This document shows, one piece after another, positions 37,927-45,240 of a stretch of DNA of 64,000 nt. The notes beneath the pieces are model-generated. The model was not told where the DNA came from. It saw only the letters and a program-made list of their open reading frames with translations, and did not search any database. Both the position numbers and the translations under genes were made by a program. Source of the stretch: Isurus oxyrinchus (lineage: Eukaryota); the NCBI GenBank assembly GCA_026770705.1, contig JANJGN010000016.1:88164001-88228000 (forward strand), given 5' to 3'. How positions within the stretch are numbered: position 1 is the first letter of the stretch; each line of letters starts with the position of its first letter.

Positions 37927-38023
37927 GAGGAAGTGAAAGGTGCTGACGTGGTTCTCTCTGGGTGATACCATTTACATACTGAGGAACAGCCAGTGAGACT
38001 CTGACAGGCTGCAGCTGTATAAA
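37927..38023 (+). promoter_or_regulatory. Ig light-chain V promoter (EICE, CRE/UPRE-like, variant octamer, E-box, TATA)
   Basis: GGAAGTGAAA 37929-37938, TGACGTGG 37944-37951, ATTTACAT 37970-37977 (7/8 match to the octamer), CAGCTG 38012-38017 and TATAAA 38018-38023. The TATA box starts 66 bp before the ATG. Confidence 0.8.
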
Positions 38024-38083
38024 GCTGAGCCCAGTGAAGGGAGAGTTTATCAGTGACCAGGCACAGGGACAGGAGCAGACACC

Positions 38084-38132
38084 ATGATTTCAGCCATCCA
38101 GCTGATCTGGCCTCTGGCATTCTGCATCGCAG
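38084..38132 (+). CDS. IGKV: Ig kappa light-chain leader exon (L-part1)
   Basis: ACCATG Kozak context; encodes MISAIQLIWPLAFCIA+G with a phase-1 donor gtacaa at 38133. The intron 38133-38318 ends in a pyrimidine tract plus cag. Confidence 0.95.
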
Positions 38133-38318
38133 GTACAAATCTCTCTCCTTCCACCGTGAATATTTTCCTGCTCTCTATTTCCAGCCAATTCGACTGACTT
38201 GTGATTGAAGGGAAAATGCTGAAAGCAGAGGAACGGTCACTGTCTCTAACAATATCTCATTTTACAGGCTCTTTGTGTGACAGTTCTTACTTCACACTGT
38301 TTCTCTATTACCCCTCAG

Positions 38319-38613
38319 GTATCAGAGGGGAAATCACCATGAAACAGCCTCCCCTGGTGTCAGTGAGCCTGGGCCAGACCGCCACCATCACCTGTACGGC
38401 CAGTCAGTCTGTTAGCAGCTATGTGAGTTGGTACCAGCAGCAAGAAGGACAGAAACCGACTCTCCTGATCTATAGGGCAACAAACCGATTCACAGGAACA
38501 TCCGAGCGATTCACCGGCAGTGGATCTGGCACTCAATTCACCCTGACAATCAGCAATGTACAGAATGAGGATGTCGCTGATTATTACTGTCAGCAAACTG
38601 ACAGCTCCCCCTA
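38319..38613 (+). CDS. IGKV: Ig kappa (shark type III/NS4-like) V exon, unrearranged, open frame
   Basis: (G)IRG|[94 protein letters not shown]. Conserved Cys, WYQQ and YYC are present. Confidence 0.97.
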
Positions 38614-38641
38614 CACAGTGATACAGAGCCTGACAAAAACC
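38614..38641 (+). other. 12-bp-spacer recombination signal sequence (V)
   Basis: CACAGTG (38614-38620) + atacagagcctg (12 bp) + ACAAAAACC (38633-38641); both elements match consensus perfectly. Confidence 0.98.
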
Positions 38642-38644
38642 TCA

Positions 38645-39438
38645 ATACACACAGCACCACCTCCTGTACTGACACATCCCACAGTTATATAGAATATATA
38701 ATAATGGACACACAGTCCCACCTCCTGTACTGACACATCCCACAGTTATATAGAATATATAATAATGGACACACAATCCAAACCTCCTGTACTGACACAT
38801 CCCACGGTTATACAGAATATATAATAATGGACACACAGTCCCACCTCCTGTACTGACACATCCCACAGTTATATAGAATATATAATAATGGACACACAGC
38901 ACCACCTCCTGTACTGACACATCCCACAGTTATATAGAATATATAATAATGGACACACTGTCCCACCTCCTGTACTGACACATCCCACAGTTATATAGAA
39001 TATATAATAATGGACACACAGCACCATCTCCTGTACTGACAAATCCCATAGTTATATAGAATATATAATAATGGACGCACAGCACCACCTCCTAACTGAC
39101 ACATCCCACAGTTATATAGAATATATAATAACGGACAGACCGTCCCAGCTCCTGTACTGATACATCCCACAGTTATATAGAATATATAATAATGGACACA
39201 CAGTCCCACCTCCTAACTGACACATCCCACAGTTATATAGAATATATAATAATGGACACACAGTCCCACCTCCTGTACTGACACATCCCACAGTTATATA
39301 GAATATATAATAATGGACACACACCACCACCTCCTGTACTGACACATCCCACAGTTACATAGAATATATAATAATGGACACACTGTCCCACCTCCTGTAC
39401 TGACACATCCCACAGTTATATAGAATATATAATAATGG
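38645..39438. repeat. 61-bp minisatellite (~13 copies) in the V-J interval
   Basis: Unit ggacacacagtcccacctcctgtactgacacatcccacagttatatagaatatataataat; period 61. Confidence 0.96.
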
Positions 39439-39570
39439 TCACTTTACCTCTTACCTTACATGTCCACATATGAAGAGCAGCTGAAAGATTTATCATATAA
39501 AATTGGGATTCTCAATTCTCCCAACAAAAAAAAGGCATTGAGAGGAAGAGAGAGGGAAAGAGAGAGTGTT

Positions 39571-39880
39571 CAAGGTGAGTGTGAGTGAGAGACAGAGAGA
39601 GGGTGAGAGTGAGTTAAAGGTGAGTGTGAGTGAGAGACAGAGAGAGGGTGAGAGTGAGTGAAAGGTGAGTGTGAGTGAGAGACAGAGAGAGGGTGAGAGT
39701 GAGTTAAAGGTGAGTGTGAGTGAGAGACAGAGGGTGAGAGTGAGTTAAAGGTGAGTGTGAGTGAGAGACAGAGAGAGGGTGAGAGTGAGTTAAAGGTGAG
39801 TGTGAGTGAGAGACAGAGAGAGGGTGAGAGTGAGTTAAAGGTGAGTGTGAGTGAGAGACAGAGAGAGGGTGAGAGTGACT
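39571..39880. repeat. 45-bp minisatellite (~7 copies) just upstream of the J RSS
   Basis: Unit aaaggtgagtgtgagtgagagacagagagagggtgagagtgagtt; period 45. Confidence 0.95.
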
Positions 39881-39899
39881 GAGTGAAGCAGAGAGCTGA

Positions 39900-39938
39900 G
39901 GTTTTTGTACAGCCCCTGCACTGGAAGCTCTCAGTGTG
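39900..39938 (-). other. 23-bp-spacer recombination signal sequence (J)
   Basis: On the + strand: GGTTTTTGT (39900-39908) + 23 bp + CAGTGTG (39932-39938, one mismatch to CACTGTG). V12/J23 is the kappa configuration, and the orientation is deletional. Confidence 0.96.
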
Positions 39939-39973
39939 GGTTACGTTCGGTAAAGGAACCAAACTCAGACTGA
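39939..39973 (+). CDS. IGKJ: Ig kappa J segment
   Basis: G GTT ACG TTC GGT AAA GGA ACC AAA CTC AGA CTG A = VTFGKGTKLRL (FGXG motif), with a phase-1 donor GTAAGT at 39974-39979. Confidence 0.97.
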
Positions 39974-40614
39974 GTAAGTAAACCCCAATCCTCTCTTATT
40001 AACCCTTTCAATACTAAAACTTTCTCAAACACTAATGCTGAATAGTTGAAGGTGTTAGTGAGGAGCTGCAGTGAATGAAATGGTTCAGTGAACAACACTG
40101 TGTATAACAGGGTGCCCAACTGTATTTCTTTCATTACATTCCCCCCTTTAAGCAGCAAGATAGAAATAACCAACTTTTACCCACCGTCTAGAGGAGATCT
40201 GGACGTTTGCAGACTGTGCTGACATTGCTGCACCATGGACTGAAATCACTCACTAGACTCCTGTCAGTCTCAGTGTGACAGACACGGGCAGAGTTTGATA
40301 TGAGCTCCGGCTCCCTCTCACAGTCTCTGATATAACTGATCACAGCACCAGCACAGTGAGACACCGAGGTCCCACCTCCCCCAGCTTGAACTCTGCTCTC
40401 TCCACTCCCTGGTTATCTCTTGGCAAATTTCTGATGACAAACAGGTAGAGCAGGGCCCACAATCCAGTGGCTTCAGTGTTCCAGGGTATTGGGGAGACTC
40501 TCCGTTTCCCCCGAATGTTTAAATGTCACCCTCTAGACTCCAGGCCTCCCGGAATCTGCTCTCCATCTCTCTCCTGAAGACACTGTCTCTGACTGGGGAA
40601 CAGCTCCACCCTCC

Positions 40615-40900
40615 CCAAGTGGGCTCATTCCTCCAAGTGACTTGAGCACATAATCCAGGCTGAGACTCCAGTGCGGTATTGAAGGAGGGCAGCACTGTCA
40701 GAGGAGCCGTCTTTCAGATGAGACAAACTGAGGTCTGCCCTCTCAGGGGGATGTAAAAGTTCCCATGGCGCTGTGAGAAGAAGAGCAGGGGAGTTCTTGC
40801 GCATTTTCTGTTTAGTATTTATCACGCAAACAACATCACAAAAAAACCTGACTTTCTGGCCATCATCACTCTACTGACTGGGATCTTACTGTGTACAGTT
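40615..40900 (+). mobile_element. DeuSINE-family SINE (SacSINE1/AmnSINE1-like Deu domain) in the J-C intron
   Basis: 'cagcactgtcagaggagccgtctttcagatgagac...gaggtctgccctctcagggggatgtaaaagttcccatggc...gaagaagagcaggggagttct' resembles the Deu-domain core as I recall it. Confidence 0.7.
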
Positions 40901-41439
40901 AGCTGTAAAAATCCTGAGATGATGACTGGTGCTATAGAAATGCAAGTATTGAGACTGAAGGTTCCTAATCCTGACCCTCGCACTCACACTTTCCATGGTT
41001 CATGGTGTCATTCGGAGTCGTGACCTTGTCTGACCCCCAGACCCTGAGACTAATTGTAGCCTCACCCTTGACCTCTCTCCAGTGCTGGGCGGCAAGGTTT
41101 GAAATGAAATCTAGAATCTTCTATACTGAGACCCAATCTGAATCCTTTCTGAAGTGGGTTGATCCAAATGTGCTCCAACATTCTGGGATAAAGTTCTCTC
41201 GATGTGTGTGTGATCTGAGGATTGTTAATGTGAACCTGTTTCCTCGGACAGGCTGATCAATAGTCAGAGCTTCCTGACAGCTTAACAGTGTCTTAGAGGG
41301 ACACTGAGTCTTTAAACACTCTTACTATTAACCATTTCAGTGCTGAATTTGTGGTAACCCTCTTTACAAATGTCTAAATAACAGCCCAATATGATTTAAC
41401 CAGCTTAACATCAAACCTTTACCTCCTGCCACTCAACCA

Positions 41440-42710
41440 ATTTGAAACACAACTTGCTCCTTTCCCTGGCATCCAATGAGTTTTAACTTTCTGACCAGTC
41501 TGTCCATGTCAGAAGTCTTGCTAAAATCCACATCGATTACATCAAACTCGCTATCGTTGTCAACCCTTCTTGTTACCTCCTCATGATGATGAGAATTTCT
41601 CTTAGAAAGATTTCTGACATTTGCCCACCACTGAGGTTAGAGTGACTGGTCTGTAATTTCTCAGTCTATCCCTTCCTCCCTTTTTAAACAACATTATCAG
41701 TCCTCCAGCCCTCTGACACCACACCCCTATCCAGAGAGGATTGGGAAATAATGGTCAGAGCCTCTGCTATTTCTTCCCTTGTTTCCTTTCTTGCCTGGGA
41801 TACAATTCATCCGGGTCTGGGGATTTATCCACTTTCCAAGATGCTGAACACATTAATATCTCCTCTCTCACCATGTTTATCCCATCCAATATTTCACAAT
41901 TCTGCTCCTCCTCAACTAGAATGTCCGCGTTGTCCCTCTCTTGTGTGAAAACAGATGTAAATTATTCATTCAGAACCATCTATGTGCTTCCAACCCCACC
42001 CCTCCCCCCAATACAGAGAGTGAGTGAGACGGAGGGAGGGAGAGAGAGGGAGAGAGAGAGGGAGAGTGAGAGGGAGAGAGAGAGAAGGAAAGAGAGAGAG
42101 AGTCAGAGAGTAAGGAGGAGAGAGAAGGAGGGAAAGAGGGGGAGAGGGAGGGAGAGAGAGGGAGAGTGTGACAGAGATACAGAGAGAGAGAATGGGTGAG
42201 AAAGAGATACAGGGGGAGACAGAAAGAGTGACAGAGAGTGAGTGACAGAGATCTATTTTCTGGTCTCCAATTGGCCTTACTCAATCTTTTGTTATCCTCT
42301 TGCAATGTCCCACGCTATTTCTTTGTGTGAAGATATTTGTTCTGAGCCCATTTTATATCTTTCCTGAATGTTTCCCATTGCTCTGACACTGATTTATCTT
42401 CAGGTTTCTGTTTCCTGTCCATTTTGGCAAATTGGCCTTTCCCTAATGTACAAATTTTACACTTTACCTTTTTCCATAACTGCTCTAAACCTAACTGAAT
42501 TATGATCACTATTACCCAAATACTCTCCCACTGATACACCTTCCACCTGGCCAGATTCATTCCCTGAAATTGTCTAAAACTGCCCCTTCTCTTGCTGAGT
42601 TTGTTATGTTCTGCCGAAAAAAAATCACCTGGATGGATTATAAGAATTTTGCATCATCTAAACATTTACACAGATTTGATCCCAGTTAATATTCGGGAAG
42701 TTGAAATACA
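41440..42710 (-). mobile_element. Degenerate CR1 fragments split by a GA-rich tract (~42010-42250) in the J-C intron
   Basis: Minus-strand remnants of the CR1 RT N-terminus, linker and endonuclease (e.g. reverse of 'aattacagaccagtcactctaacctcagtggtgggcaa'; EQWETFRKDI). Confidence 0.7.
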
Positions 42711-42751
42711 TTATAATGACACTGATTAAACTTCCTTCTCTTCCATTTCAG

Positions 42752-43080
42752 GCAGAGAGAAGTCACCACCCACACTGACCCTGTTGCCCCCCTCCCCAGA
42801 GGAGGTCAAGACCAAGGGCACTGCCACCCTGGTGTGCCTTGCCAATCACTTCTATCCCGATGAGGTGAAGGTGGAGTGGAAGAAGGACGGTGCAGCCATT
42901 TCGGACGGGGTTCAGACCAGCAACTACCTGCGAGCTTCAGACAGCACCTACAGCGTCAGCAGCCTGCTGACCCTCTCTGGCTCCGGCTGGGAGTCCAATG
43001 CCAGCTTCTCCTGTGTCGTCACCCACGAGAGTCTTTCCTCTCCCCTCAGCAAGAGCATCAGGAGATCAGAATGTGCGTAG
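42752..43080 (+). CDS. IGKC: Ig kappa constant exon
   Basis: Acceptor cttccttctcttccatttcag|, in phase with J. (S)REKSPPTLTLLPPSPEEVKTKGTATLVCLANHFYPDEVKVEWKKDG...YSVSSLLTL...FSCVVTHESLSSPLSKSIRRSECA*: C1-set Cys/Trp/Cys plus a penultimate Cys for heavy-chain bonding. Confidence 0.97.
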
Positions 43081-43236
43081 AGTGTTAGAGACAGTCCACA
43101 GAGGAGATACAACTTTAAATAGAACAGGGGTGAGCTGGGAGGGCAAAGGTCATTGTCAGCACCAAATTACAACTCTCTTCCTTCTCAGGACTGGCTCTGA
43201 GACACTTTTGAGGGTCAGGGGTTAACGCACGTTATT

Positions 43237-43652
43237 GGGACAGTGTACAGGGAGCTTTACTCTGTATCTAACCCCATGCTGTACCTGTCCTGGGAGTGTT
43301 TGATGGGGACAGTGTAGAGGGAGCTTTATTCTGTATCTAACCCCGTGTTGTACCTGCCCTGGGAGTGTTTGATGGGGACAGTGTAGAGGGACCTTTACTC
43401 TGTATCTAGCCCCCTGCAGCACCTGTCCTGGGAGTGTTTGATGGGGACAGTGTAGAGGGAGCTTTACTCTGTATCTAACCCCGTGTTGTACCTGCCCTGG
43501 GAGTGTTTGATGGGGACAGTGTAGAGGGACCTTTACTCTGTATCTAGCCCCCTGCAGTACCTGTCCTGGGAGTGTTTGATGGGGACAGTGTAGAGGGAGC
43601 TTTACTCTGTATCTAACCCCGTGTTGTACCTGTCCTGGGAGTGTTTGATGGG
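43237..43652. repeat. 69-bp minisatellite (6 copies) within the predicted 3' UTR
   Basis: Unit gggacagtgtagagggagctttactctgtatctaaccccgtgttgtacctgtcctgggagtgtttgatg. Copies 2/4/6 and 3/5 alternate as a 138-bp dimer. Confidence 0.95.
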
Positions 43653-43855
43653 TCAGTTTAATCTCGTGATGCTAAGTTAAACCTTTCTAAGATGCTGAAG
43701 ACTGTCAGCTGTACAAAAATAATGTGACCCTCCGAAGTGTCTGCTTCAGTAAACCAGACCCCTTCCTGCTCACCCTGCAGTTACAATTTAAGGTTTAGTC
43801 ACTGTTTAAAGGGACAGGATTCTCATGTTCTGGAGAAAATCTCCACAAGCGTTTT

Positions 43856-43956
43856 AATAAACCTCCATTCTCCCTGTGAATTTCTCCAGCTCCCTCTGGC
43901 TGGGCTGTTTATTCAAGTCTTTTTTCTGTAAATGTCAATGTGTAAAAGGTAATAAA
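43856..43956 (+). terminator. Candidate polyadenylation signals of the light-chain mRNA
   Basis: The first AATAAA after the stop is at 43856-43861. The second, at 43951-43956, is followed by GT-rich 'gtctctgtctggtgagtgcttt'. Confidence 0.65.
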
Positions 43957-44129
43957 CATTAAGAATATTCAGTCTCTGTCTGGTGAGTGCTTTGGAAATG
44001 TCCCACCTCCCCATCAGCTGATTGGCTGCCTTTCAGCAAGTGCTTGTCCTGATTGGCTGGCTGGCCTGTCAATCAATGACACTTCAACAGAAGATTTGAT
44101 TCAAAGCCAGCTATCAATCATTTTAAAAT

Positions 44130-44280
44130 AAAAATAGGATTACCTGGAAAAACTCAGTAGGTCTGGCAGCATCGGCGGAGAAGAAAAGAGTTGACGTTTC
44201 GAGTCCTCATGACCCTTCGACAGAACTTGATGAACTTTTTTGTTTTAGATTTCCAGCATCCGCAGTTTTCTTTGTTTTCA
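44130..44280. mobile_element. Short Penelope-like terminal fragment with a 14-bp target-site duplication
   Basis: 'ctggaaaaactcagtaggtctggcagcatc...gacgtttcgagtc...atttccagcatccgcagtttt', flanked by aatcattttaaaat at 44116-44129 and 44281-44294. Confidence 0.7.
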
Positions 44281-44454
44281 AATCATTTTAAAATGATCAG
44301 TTTTATCCTGAATCTCTTGAATTTACAAGATTAAAAACAGAAAAGAAACTGGAAGTTGCTGGGATTAAATCATCACAACCACAATTAAGTCAGGAGTGCA
44401 AACTGTAGCCAGTCCAGGAGATGTGCTCTCAGGCCCTGTGCTACTTTTACACTC

Positions 44455-44765
44455 GATCCTGTTGCAATAACCACCAACATTCCATCTACCTTCCGAATCA
44501 CTTGCTGCATCTGCAAACCGACTTTTTGTGATTCATGCACCAGGACACCCAGATCCCTCTGGATCGCAGAGTTCTGCAGCCTCGTTCCATTCAAATAATT
44601 TACTGCTTTTCTATTCTTCCTACCAAGCGGACAATACACATTCTCCCACATTATTCCCCACCTGCCAAATATTTCCCCACTCGCTTAACCGATCTAAATC
44701 CCTTTATTGGCCCATTCTGTCCTCTTGACAACTTACTTTCCAAGCAATATTTCTGTCATCAACAA
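44455..44765 (-). mobile_element. CR1 RT fragment
   Basis: Minus-strand GRKNRKAVNYLNG...QRDLGVLVHESQKVGLQMQQVIRK. Confidence 0.85.
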
Positions 44766-44774
44766 GTCTATTTA

Positions 44775-45240
44775 TTTTTTATTCATTTATGGCTTGTGGG
44801 TGTCGCTGACTCGGTCAGCATCTATTGCCCATCCCTAATTGCCCTTGAGAATGTGGTGGTGAGCTGCCTTCTTGAATCATGCTGTCCACGTGGTGTAGGT
44901 ACACCCACAGTGCTGTTAGGGAGGGAGTTCTAGGATTTTGACCCAGAGACAGTGAAGGAACACCGATATATTTCCAAATCAGGATGGTGAGTGTCTTGTA
45001 GGGGAACTTCCAGGTCGTGGTTTTCCCACCTACCTGCTGCCCTTGTCCTTCTAGATATCGGTAGTCGTGGGTTTGGAAGGTGCTGTCTAAGGAGACTTGG
45101 TGTGTTTCCGCATTGCATCGTGTAGATGGTACACACTGCTGCCACTGTGTGTCGGTAGTGGAGGGAGTGAATGTTTGTGGATGTGGTGCCAATCAAGTGG
45201 GCTGTTTTGTACTGGATTGTGTCAAGCTTCTTGAGTGTTG
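44775..45240 (-). mobile_element. Non-LTR retrotransposon 3' end (possibly the same family as 35335-35765)
   Basis: Minus-strand [16 protein letters not shown]...IHSLHYRHTVAAVCTIYTM...LLRQHLP, then a 3' UTR ending in an A-rich tail. Confidence 0.75.

Noticed and set aside
38201-38692. 163-aa ORF as a single-exon protein
   Set aside because: It is intron + V exon + RSS read-through. The real start is the leader exon ATG at 38084.
38614-39938. D segment, extra J or germline-joined VJ
   Set aside because: Only one 12-RSS and one 23-RSS are present, V and J are separate, and no second FGXG segment was found.
39980-41400. Mammalian-type intronic kappa enhancer (NF-kB site)
   Set aside because: No GGGACTTTCC or clear GGGRNWYYCC match was seen; only partial look-alikes near 40491 and 40987.
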